Assembly: GCA_000320545.1 (NCBI GenBank)
Contig: ADNK01000510.1
Coordinates: 114,764 to 178,763, forward strand
Source of the DNA: Bigelowiella natans CCMP2755
Taxonomy: Eukaryota > Protista > Cercozoa
Length of the DNA: 64,000 nt
Direction of reading: 5' to 3'
Shown piece by piece: positions 1 through 11,691 of the stretch. Both the position numbers and the translations under genes were made by a program. Within the stretch, counting starts at the first letter, position 1. Each line of letters begins with the position of its first letter. Below the pieces are notes generated by a model. That model was not told the DNA's origin and did no database searches. It saw only the letters and a program-made list of their open reading frames with translations.

Positions 1-2719
1 TCTGCGATAATGTGTGGTTTTCCTAACATCCTGCATTGCTTGTGAGATATGAACGAGTTTTCATAATTTTAGAATTCCCGTGTGATCGGAATCCGAGACG
101 TTGATTCCGTTGTCGAATTGGGCAAGAAGTTAAGTGCTGCAAGGAGAGTTGTGATTGTCGGGAACGGCGGCATAGCAATGGAGCTTGTTCACGCTCTCCA
201 TATCGCACAAGCTAGCATGGCAAAGGAGGGGACCAAAAAAGATGGGGGAAGTGTAATAGAGTACCACAAGATTGAGATTATCTGGGTCGTGAGAGACAGG
301 ATGCTAGGACACACATTCTTAGATAGAACTGCAAGCGCATATTTGCTCCCCTTCCTATTTCCGAAAAAGGACCCGACGTGCCCTCCTCCTTCCGTAGATA
401 GTAGCAGTGGTGATGGTACTACGAGTAGAAATAATGGAAGAAGTGAGAATGGGCGCGGAACAGCAGAGAATAAGGGGGAGGCAGCAGCTAAAAAGGAGCA
501 ACTTCGGTCTGAGCAAGAAGCTGATAATAACAATAATAACAATAATAATAGTAATAGTAGTGGGGGCCAGCGCCGATTATCGACTACAGGATCATCTGCA
601 CATAGTCCCATTAGCCATGAGCACCGCCAAAGAAAACAACAGCAGCAGCAACTTGATGGGTCCTTAGGGCCGTACTGGCTCCAATGCCTAGGGGGAGTGC
701 TTGATGCAAAATCATCCAGAAAGCAACCATTTCTTGTAGAATCATATGAACAAAACAGCAGCAGCAGCAGCAATTTCAGGCGGGCTGAATTGAACTACCA
801 GCCAAACGTCACCATGGAATTCGAAACAGAAGTCCATCAGTGCGTTGATTTGTCAGCGAAGACGTCCGATGCATCATCAGGTCATTGTAGCTTTCTCGAG
901 CCAAACATTCTGCTTGATCATGCTTGCCGTTGCTTCTTCCTTCTTTAAACGGGCTAATACGCACAAGAAGTCATGCAGAACCGTTCAAATCAGGTGTCTC
1001 TAGCAAAAATGGCCCATTCCCCCTGCAAGTAGAGCTCACAAACGGACGCAAGATCAAGTGCGATTTCGTCGTATCTGCTACGGGGGTGGTTCCCAACACT
1101 GAATTCCTTTCGGAGGAATTTGAGCTGGGACCGGACAGGGGCGTCAAGATCGACGAGACAATGGCGACGAGTGTACCAGACGTGTTCGCAGCAGGTAGTA
1201 CCAGGACACAGTAACGGGGGGGGGGGAAGAGAAAATGAAATCCTTTGCAATGGTGAAAGAATTCTCTTACTTTGGTACAAGTTGGTTCACAAAAACATAT
1301 ATTATGCACACAAACGCACACCACCACCACCACCACCACCACCACCACCACCACCACCACCGCCACCACATATTGTCTGTACCATTCTCTGCATATGCGT
1401 GGCAGTTGTCATCATAATCAACAACAGCAACAACACTCTCCCTGCCATCATCCAAACATGCATGCATACATACATACGTCACAATAGGTGACGCTTGTTA
1501 CTGTGAATTCGAAGACCATAGCTCCACGTGGTTGCAAATGAGGCTGTGGACGCAAGCCAGAGTCATGGGCGCTTACGCTGCAAGAGCAATGGCCGGACTG
1601 GTAATAGCAATAGTTATAGGAGTAGGTAGAGCTGCATCAGCAGCAGTAGGAGGAAAGGAGAGGAGAGTAGTGATGGAGGAGATGCGATGAGTTAAAACAG
1701 CACTTGAGTAGTTAGAAATTATGTGCCGGCACACAAGACAAAGAAGAGCCAACGCGTGTTCAACATGCAAAGAAATAGTGAAGAGACTTCAACATCCTGC
1801 GCCACAGCCATCAGTCGTTTGGCGGGGTGTAAGGACACACACGTACTGACCGTCACAGACACTGGAATTCCATATTTCGAAAAATCACAACTACTACCTA
1901 AAACTACTACAACAACACCTACTACTACTACTACTACTACTACGATTACCACTTGTTCAAACATGAAAAGAGCTAAAGGCACCACGACACCACCCATCAC
2001 ATCAACCCACACTACACAGGGATCGGAACTAGGATTCAACTTCGAGCTGTTTGCACACTGCACGTCGTTCTTCGGAGAGAAGGTGGTCCTCTTGGGAAAC
2101 TTCAATGGAGAGGTAGTCGGTAGGGTTATCAGTGTGACAGCAGCACGTGCTCGGGCCCACGCTTTGACCTGCTCCTTTGATATACTACACTCAACGATGC
2201 AGTCGGTATGCGTTTTCAAAGGAAATACGATGGCTCAGAGAGGATGACTTTTTACAGGGACTCGGTGAAGAAAATAAGGACTTCAAAGTGTTGGTGCGCT
2301 GCAAGCCTGGCGTCGAGTTTATCCGGGTTCTAGTGAAGAACCACCGAATGGTTGTTGTATGTAGCAGCTACCACATAAATGATGATGCGCTCAATTATTC
2401 CCTACTTCATTGTCAGTCGTTCCACATTGAAAATCGCTGTATCTCATCTTCTTCTTGTTCTCCGATGAAAAGGTGGGAGCAACTCTGATAGGAGACGTGG
2501 ACCTAGCAGAGACTTTCGAAAATCTCCTCATGAATCAGGTAGCATGTGAAAGCATGGTGGGCGAACGGTTTGGTTGCGCACACACAAGTTTATTCAACAC
2601 CGGAATTAATTCTGGTACTTTTGCTTCTGTTTTACCCTGCCTTTGGTCAGATAAATATTGCTTCGATTGAGGACGAGCTTCTGAGGGAGGATGTAGATCT
2701 TGAAGACTACTTTGACTGA
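1..2719 (+). CDS. PYROXD1: Pyridine nucleotide-disulfide oxidoreductase domain-containing protein 1 (spliced, 5' end outside window)
   Basis: Exons give IRDVDSV..RRVVIVGNGGIAMELVH, CDFVVSATGVVPN, TSVPDVFAAG|D, WLQMRLWTQARVMG, FNFELFAHCTSFFGEKVVLLG, DLAETFENLLMNQ and the C-terminus DLEDYFD* (TGA 2717-2719), typical of PYROXD1. Confidence 0.92.
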
Positions 2720-4016
2720 TGTTTGTGGTAGCTTAGAATCGAAATTAGCATGATCTCGAAGATGTCTAAGAAACGTGACAGATGTGCCAATTGTATGTGC
2801 AAGAGGCCGGTCAGCATCAAAATCAGCTTGCAATCTTACATCAGACGAAAGCTAGTAGACAATTGGCAACTGCTATCGCATGTGTAAATTCTACTGAACT
2901 GTGAATAGAAGCAACGGATGCGCATTTATTCGCGAATTTCATACTTGATAAAATTATACTTTCTGGTGGCATCATATAGTCCGTTCGGTCATATGTCTGT
3001 ATGTTGTATACAGCGATGAGCTGAGAGAACACATAGTACAGTGCTACAAAGGAAGAAACCACACTCAGCGTTAGCATCATGCTAAGCATAGATGTCTGCT
3101 CATGTATTGCATGCACATTGTCATGTTTGGCGTCTTTGTCTATGCTAGCATGTCTCATCTTGCAGTATAGTGGTGTAGTTTACGTGCATAGCTACATCGC
3201 ACCCACATTGTTGCACATGTACGTGTGTAGATATGGGCTTGCGTCTACTATAAAGACGTGTGCTTCCCTACGACATGCGGGGACTTACAAGTCCACATGC
3301 GTGCATGCTGTCTATGACATGTGCATCGACCACTTCACATGAACCTTTAACCTCGATCACATGTAGCACAAATCAGCGTACACATGAACACATAGCTAGA
3401 TAGGGACTTGCAAGACCATGTAACGATGCGCATTTTGCCAAACAAGTGAACGCAAATATGGAATCACATCTCAACATCATTGATAGCCGTTGTTTCGGTA
3501 TTGAGTGTCGCGCGCATTTCGCGCAACAGTGCGTGTCTCCTTCTCATTGCAACTCAATGATCTTTCACTTGTTTCGTCGTCGCGCATCACGTGCTGTGGC
3601 ATTGAGCTGATTCCTCAAGCGGCGTTGTTGTATAGCTGACGTGCGTGTGGTGTGTAATGGGCTTAGCTAGTTAGCTGGTGTGACCAGCAGGTTTTTGAGA
3701 CTGGCAATCTGGCCATTGTGGAACAATTCGGCCATCAGCAGCATGGCGTCGTGGACGTGGGGCGAATGCACATGCAAGTCCAGAAAGTGCATGCCAATGT
3801 GTCCAACATGCATGCTTCACAGCCATAGAATTTCGCGTCACAATTTTTAAGAATTCTTCGTGCTAAAATCCGCACAAATGGCAGACTTTTTTTTTTTCAA
3901 ATAGTCTATGACATCTGTAGAAGCCGAGCCAGCTATAGCCCAATCCCTGCATTTAAAATATGAATGAAATATTGTATGCTGATACTCGTTAGCTTATGTC
4001 TCAGTTACACATCCTT

Positions 4017-5685
4017 TCATTTATTGAAATGGTGCTTCACAGTATTGCATGCACATGTAGGAGGGAACACTGACAGAGGAGTCATTCCTTGCTTGTCCTT
4101 GGCGCAGATATCCGCACCGGCATCAACAAGAAATTCAACGCACCTTAAATTACCAACGCGTACCAAAAATAAAGTGAAATACTTTACATATAAATTCTGA
4201 ATTTGTTCGTGTATTGCCCAAGAAGAGGTGACAGCTGCTCATATATCTACTCGCTCATTCTACTACCTCATATGGCCTTCAGATGCCATCAGATGCAACG
4301 GTGTGGTCCCACGAGTGTCTTTTCTGCTCAAGTCAGCCCCTTTCTGTGAAGAGATGAAGGTTAGACGAATAACAGTGCGCCGAATAAAATCAAGGAGGAG
4401 TAACTATAGGTGTTTGAGCGTTGTGTGTTGTTGGCGCAGGACGTACATACCAACCACCTCCTCACCTCTATAAGCAGCTTGATAGTCGTCGAGCATCCAC
4501 TCCTTGCGCTCCCTACACAATAAACACGTGGTATGAACGACGACGGGCAAGAGAAAAGCGCAAGCAATGCGGCAGCATCAAACGACCCAACGATGAAGAT
4601 GACAATGATGATGACGATGAAGGAATATATCACAGTGTAGAGGAGTCGCCCGGTAGCAGTCTTCAGCCTCCAGGTTCCCTCCTTGCGCAAGCATCCACTT
4701 GGAAGAAGAGTAAAGAAGGACGGGGAAGGGAGGAACGTCAAGAAGAAGAATAGTGTCTTAGAAGCACAAGGAATAAGGATAGAAGAAAGAAAAAGAGAGA
4801 GAGTTTGAAAGAAGAAAGAGAATTGACGAACGTTTCAGCCCCCCCCTCTTCCCCTATCTCTCTTTCTTCTTTCTGGCTCTCACTTCCAAGGTTCTGTAAG
4901 TCCCTGCACCGGCCGAGAGATGTAAAGGTGTTGCTTGCAAATACTCTCGCATATGTAGCAACTACGAGGATGAGGGTGGGGGAACAGAAGAGAGAGGTCA
5001 CAGGTACGGTTGATTGCTAATTGTGGTGATAATAAATCTTTTAAAGAAAGACATCGTCAAAGGCTACTGCCCATAAAAGCGAAACAGTTGTGCTACGACA
5101 AAACTAGCACCATCCGCTATGATCACTTGGGAGAAAAGGAATGTTTGCGAGGGGCAATACATGATGTAAGGTGTTCCCTCACACTCAACCTCTCTCCTTG
5201 ACTTGCCCGTGAACCTCGTCAGCATCTTGGCCACACACGCAACAACTAGGTTGGGGGGGGGGGGGTGATGGGGAGACGATGGGAAGAGGAGTAAGATGGC
5301 TTCGGCCCTATGTTGTATACATGCGTGTGTGCGTGTATGACGTGCGTGTGCAACGTATGGTTATGTTGTGCGTGTGTGCGTATTTGGGTGTGTATTAGAC
5401 CTTGTGCGTCGTCGCTCTCCGCAGCGGTGTGCATGAGAGACATCCTGTGGAGGGATTTTTGTTGTATGGTGGGAAATAATAGTAACACCCAGATTGTGAC
5501 TAGATGACGACGACGATGACGACGACGACGGTGATATCAGATTCGCACGCACACACACACACACATACCCGCACACTTGTTGTCGTAGGAATCAAGGAGT
5601 TGAGCGGTGTGCGAGATCATCGTATTTCGTGGTGTACACTACTTTCTTTTGTTATCGGCGACTACAGCAGAGCTACTACATATAC

Positions 5686-5728
<43 letters not shown>

Positions 5729-5958
5729 TGGAGAGAAAAAGGACATAAAGGAGAAAGGTAGCAAACCCTCTTGAATTGACGAGAGTGAGGAGTCTGATTC
5801 TGTCCTCTTCCTTTGCTTGTTCCTGAGAAGAGGAAGAGGAAGAGGAAGAGGAGGAGGAGGAGGAATGAAGTGGAGGACGGGGAGATGGAAAATCTTAAGT
5901 TGTTAGAAATGTGATGAATGTCTATGTTTTGTTTATCAATATGTATAAATATAATATG

Positions 5959-6026
<68 letters not shown>

Positions 6027-6248
6027 CATCAGTACGCTTATGAGAGGGAAAAGACCTCGATGAGGTGGTAGCATGCTTCTAGGTGTCCATCTGCGACGTA
6101 TGGATGCATGCCGGGGCTATCGCCAATGCCTCCGATTCCCACGGATATTCTTTGTGATGCAACATGCATGAGAGATTCGTCGACGGCTCAAGTTGCTATC
6201 CACCCTTCTATGGGAGGAAAGGGCCTATAATTGCTATTAGTTGTTTGT

Positions 6249-6319
<71 letters not shown>

Positions 6320-6403
6320 GAGAAAGAGAAAGGGGGGAGGGGGCTGTTGTTAATGCACGGCTGTGTGATATTTCCACTACTGTAATCACTATTTCTTCTA
6401 TTT

Positions 6404-6439
<36 letters not shown>

Positions 6440-7766
6440 GCTGTTATCGCCCAGTAGCGTACGTGTCGCATGCCACCATCCCTTAGGTAGGTAAAGGATA
6501 TTCCCCTCTTCCTGATGATTTAGGGAGGTGGAGGAGGAATGACAGTGAAGCGAATGATCATAATCCCAGGGTAGTGAAAGAAGGTGGGTGAAGAAATGGA
6601 TAAGGATATTGATGATTTCGGTATATCGTTGTCGTTTGTCATAGCTAGCACAGCAGCACTCGTTACCTGAATTACTCTGAGGGTTCTCCCATTTCCAGTG
6701 AAATTGTGATTTTTATGATCGTCAGCTTCGTTTATTTCTATCTGCACTACAGATGACCTTTGCTGTAAAGATCGAGGGACAGGGGGGGGAGTGGATTCAT
6801 CAGGTGGCGCAATGAACCATTCCTTTCGTCCTACAAGAACAAAGCAAGAGTCAGTGATGACGACGAACATATACCGTCGCCTGCTGCACTACTGTAGCGG
6901 TATTCATACTACACAACCGTATATTAGTCCAAGCCAACTCTCATCATGACGATGGAAGTCAAGACCGTCGCCATTCTCGGCTGCAATACTGACGACAGGT
7001 CGTAGATTTATGCACTTCAGCGCTGCTGGTACCCAGGAACACCTGATGGGATATTCTTTGATGATTATGGTTGTGATGATGATTATGATGATGATGATGA
7101 TGATGATGATAGTCTCGCGCTACCCTGGTGTAACAGCAGTGATAGATTGGTAAAGTTCATCCCTAACAGTACTGAAGAGGAGGCCGGATCGCCCCAGGGT
7201 TCCATTACGTGGCTGCTGCTGCTTATGGAGGAGTTCCCGTAAACTCATTTGCGAGTCTAATAAAAAACATTAGTATTGTATAAGTGTGCTTTGTTTGTTC
7301 TGAATGGGAGAGCGGGATCGTTCTCTTGCTACCTCCCCTGAAAGAACCTCCACTTGCTGCCACTCGACGTGGATCGAGCGGTGCCACGTTAACACCGGCG
7401 AATTTCTGTTTATTGAACGGTTTTTGCATTGGTTGATGGTATGATGATAGGCGCTAATAATAATAATGATGATAGTGAAGAGGAGGAGAAAAGGGGGGCG
7501 AGGAGAATGTCTCCCACCTCGATGAATTCCTTAGGTTCACCCCATTTATCCCTCAGGCTCAACAAATTAGGGGAGGATTCTAAAAGAATTGGGCCGGTGT
7601 TACGCAGGCATTCGTTGAATTCGACAGTGGTGAGTTTTGCGGCCATCTTGGGAGAGATTCGTGTTATTTCTGGGGTTGTAGCCCATGACGACGTGCTTAA
7701 CCCCCGCCACGGTCTCGCTGCAGAGGCCAGCTGTGATGCTCGACGGACGGAAGAGCAACGATCCAT
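4017..7766 (-). CDS. JmjC/cupin-8 oxygenase (JMJD8-like) fused to C-terminal ankyrin repeats, possible mitochondrial presequence
   Basis: Spliced exons: GDGLDFHRHDESWLGLIY|GRKEWFIAPP (~6820-6970) and GNILYLPKGWWHATR (~6460-6510). Ankyrin units follow: LMHTAAE, ATPLHLSAGAG, EDCYRATPLH, KDTRGTTPLHLMASEG, VDAGADICAKDKQGMTPL. Start codon uncertain. Confidence 0.82.
5964..6024. repeat. Intronic compound microsatellite (TA)n-(TG)n
   Basis: Read directly; representative of dozens of intronic (TA)n, (TG)n, (GA)n, (GTA)n, (GAT)n and (GGA)n tracts. Confidence 0.95.
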
Positions 7767-8668
7767 GGATTTGAGAAGGAAAAGCGCGATGTCCGTTCGA
7801 ATTGATACTGTAGCTCTAATCACACCTTGTTCAAACCTTGAGCTGGGGATATACAGTGGTCCAGATCACCGTCCCCTCTCCCATCCTCGGCTCGGCTCTC
7901 CCTCCCGAAAGCCTGCTGGCAGGAAGTTCTCTTCGTGTTCGTCTCGTCTTAGTTCTACGACACGCGATCAGTGATGTCGCACGGTCAAAACACCATTTAA
8001 ATGTGGAGAAGATAGCTAGATGAACAACAACAACAACAACAACAGCAACAACAATAAAATAGATTCCTTTCAAACTGTCTCCAAAGATATAGCTAGGTTT
8101 CGTTCAAAAATTGTCCCAACAAATACCAGTTGGAGCAATATGGTGTTACTAATGGGCTCAATATTTTTTTATCCGAGTTTTAGAAATCCATGGAAATCTA
8201 TTTCGGAAATAAAGAGTGTTGGTTTGTTGTCGCACGAGTCACAATTGCAGAAGCACCGTTAACGGTTACAGAAAAAGGTCGCTGGTCTTTTTTCCTGACG
8301 ACAAATATTTTGTCTAAGTCGCATGCAAAAAATCCTCGGGATTTCTGCTTTGACGGGATATACGGGAATGATCACAGAATGTTTCTGTGGAAGGAATGTG
8401 GTTTTCCAATGTAACTATTACCGGGAAACATGCAATAAATGTTGTCCAGAATGATAACACTTAACAACAGAGTAGTTTTCAAATAACAATGCTCCCTGAG
8501 CTTCAATCCCCCCCCCTCAAGAAACACTGTTAGAATATATTTTCGAGTGAGAGTGGGATCTGTCCCCGATAATATTTACCGCAAATATGAATTCTATGAT
8601 GTCATTGGGCCTCTCACGCCCTAAACCAAGAGCTTCAGGCACTTCCGCTCCAGTTCGAACAGGTGAAC

Positions 8669-10651
8669 ATGAGTCGTCCCCCACCGAAAAACGAATGCTA
8701 ATGTGACTCTTGCTCTATTTCACAGTTCGTTCGAATTTGAACAAACGCGAGGCAGCACCAGCGGCTAGAATACAAACGTCTTTCAACTCCAAAGAATTGA
8801 GTTCAAGCCAAAACGTGCCATCGAAGGTGCATATTGTGTTGCAAATTTTTTCCCTGCTCGATTCTTTCATCTGAATGCTCTCTTGCAGAGAACTTCGAAA
8901 TTGTCGAGCTCTACCAGACCAAGAGTGAAAGATTCTGCGAAGCATCGACGATTGAAAGGCAAACAAAAGGTCAAGGACTTAGCAGAGCTTTATGGAGGCA
9001 AGAAAACGAAAGTAAAGCTTAAAATGGGGAAAAAGGCTATCAAATCGGTACTATTTTCGCTTAGATATTGCCCTCCCCGGATAATACGGTAACCATGTTT
9101 TATTATCAGAGGCTAAAGAACAAATACAAAAATAAAGCCCGTCCAACCAATGAACCTGTCAGCCTAGCCTCAGCCCGTACCATAGTAAGTACTGTCTCCT
9201 CTCAATGCAATCAAGAATATCATTTAATGATGAAGATATTAACAATTGCTCTGACAACACGGACAGCCTAAAGTTGGACTCGCTCGGATGAATCTCCCTG
9301 TGAAACCTCGTCTTCCATTGGCTGCGAAAAATAAAAGGTTTAGAATCATGAACTCTATCGAAGCCACTTCCAATACCCGTCTCTTCCACTCACTATTCTG
9401 CAACGCTAGGATCCCAGCTAAATTTCGGTTCAAGGCGAAAGATGAGAATAAGTACGCTGTAGATAAGGTACATATTAAGCAGAATAAAAATGAAGAATGT
9501 TCCCTAGAGGCGATGGGGATAACAATTTCTTTTAGTTTTTTTCGACGCGGTGGTTGATTATGACCGATCTAATGTGCAGAGGATCCCTATCCAAGGTTGC
9601 AATATCGAATTGTTGGAGTCGGAGGATACATGGGTGAGCGTACCTTGAAATCCACCCACATCCTTTCCACACCAACAATGGTTTGACTCCAAACGTGGGT
9701 GCTTGTTGTTGTCCTCCTAGGTTGCAGGCACTGTCGCAAGCGTTGAGAAAATATCAGGTACGAGCAGGCAGCCACGTATTCCTATATTCTTTTGCAAAAA
9801 GTAACTAATGCGATGACCTGGTCGAAACCCTCATCATAGGCACCAGGATGTACTGGCTTCACGTTCTGTATGCTGACGGTAGAGTAGAGCAAACGACCTT
9901 CCCAGGGCCTGATTCAAGATTGCCAGAAGGAGAAGGAATCACACCAACTGAAGGAGGATTCGAGGGAGCAGACCAAAGACAAGTTGCGATACGGAAAGAA
10001 GGCGAAGTGCTACTTGATGAGGTGCGGGATGAAATTGAGCGGTTGGAAGCGGACATACATAAGAATAAGATATCGAAGATACATGAAAATGTCACCGCCG
10101 AACTGCAAGGAGAAATCGAAGCAGAAGATGGCGTGGTCAGTCAATTGGAAGCTGACGTCCAGAAACAAGTCGTTGATGAAAAGGATGCTGACGACGAGAT
10201 TAAGGAGGAATCACCAGACAGAACACGAAGGCGAAAGAATAGCACCAATAACCCGTTCGTAGATGACGAGGATGGGCTCTTGGACGGTGAGAGGGAGGTC
10301 GGATTTGGAGATGTAACCCCAGAGTGGAAAGATGATGATGATGATGAGAATGCTGGTGGCGATGCCAGTTATGAAGCTTCCCTGAAAGAAACGAAGGAGC
10401 AAGATTCAAAAACCCAAGTGGAGGTGCAGGTGCCATCCGAGACCCTGGATAGAATAGCTCAAATAAACATGGAGCTTGCCCAAGATGAGGAGGATGATGA
10501 TGACAACGAAGCAGACTATGGGGAAGAGATGAGGAATATGAAACTGGAAGTAGAAGCCGCGAAGGTTGCTGCTGACACCCTAGACAGGATAGCTCAAATA
10601 AATAGGGAACTCACGATGGAAAATGACGATTCCCTTAACGAAGATGGATGA
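8669..10651 (+). CDS. Uncharacterised protein: K/R-rich N-terminus, Tudor/Agenet-like barrel, acidic C-terminus
   Basis: Short exons join in frame into the 267-aa terminal ORF. The joined segment NIELLESEDTW|VAGTVASVEKIS|GTRMYWLHVLYADGRVE resembles Tudor-like W..G.V...V.Y.DG..E. Confidence 0.6.
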
Positions 10652-11691
10652 TGAGAAATGCTGGCATTATCATACGCTGATAGTCTGCAAAGTGTCGACA
10701 GTGCAGCATCTGTAAAGTTTTAATGTCGGCGCAACACGGTGCGAACGAACGCCCTTTATCCATTCAATGGTCTCAAACCTGGGGACGGAGAAAGCAAGTT
10801 CATTTGAGGGACTATATCCATATGTACATGTTCGAAACAAAAATCATCGTCACTGTACACACTGCATCGTTTTGCTTGTATACTATATAAAATAAGACTA
10901 GCCTAGCCGCTCGGCATGTTAAATATGATAATATATGATAATATATGCATTGGGTACATATATCTAGATAAGTACCGCTAGCATCATTCTTGTCTACGAA
11001 TACTGCATGTAAGTAAGTAGAAGATTTGTCCGGTATGACCTACAATGTAATGTATATAGCACGTGTAACCAGTTAGGACTACGCTTATCATTAGGCACAT
11101 CATGCAGCGGGCAATAGGCTATGCCGATCGATGGTGATACGTTTAGATAGACACTCGCAAAGCGGCTGCATACCCTACGGAGATATTTGCTGCGATGGGA
11201 TACTGTGCTCGTTTAAATCGTATTTGAGATATTAAAAATTGCTCGAGCTTGTTTTAATAACGATGTTATACATCGTAGACTAGAAATGAGAAAAACAATG
11301 TTCTTGTAGTACGACTGCGCGTTGTTCATGCGACGCGCGGCCCGCCGAAAGCTTATCAATTATCAGCTGCAGGATAACCGTGCAGATCGAGCATAGAGGC
11401 GAATTCTTATGCTTTTTCTTTGAAGCTGCCATAATTTCACTTTCAACAGCAACCACGCATCTGCACATGACATGCATTTTGCCAATTATTACATGCATGG
11501 ATGAGCACATTTACAATCATCTAATATGTGCGCACAGCAGCTGCCTGTGCAACCTTTAGATTTTTCATTGTGGACATGTGAATGGTGTCTCAGTGTCAAT
11601 AACACATCATTTAAGAAAAGATACTCTTTCCAAAGTAAGCACGAACTATCCACGAATTATCCACCAACTACTCTAGCTAGCTAGTAGCCTA

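Noticed and set aside
1120-1491. Poly-His/Pro/Thr/Val ORFs here and throughout the ORF track
   Set aside because: Translations of intronic microsatellites
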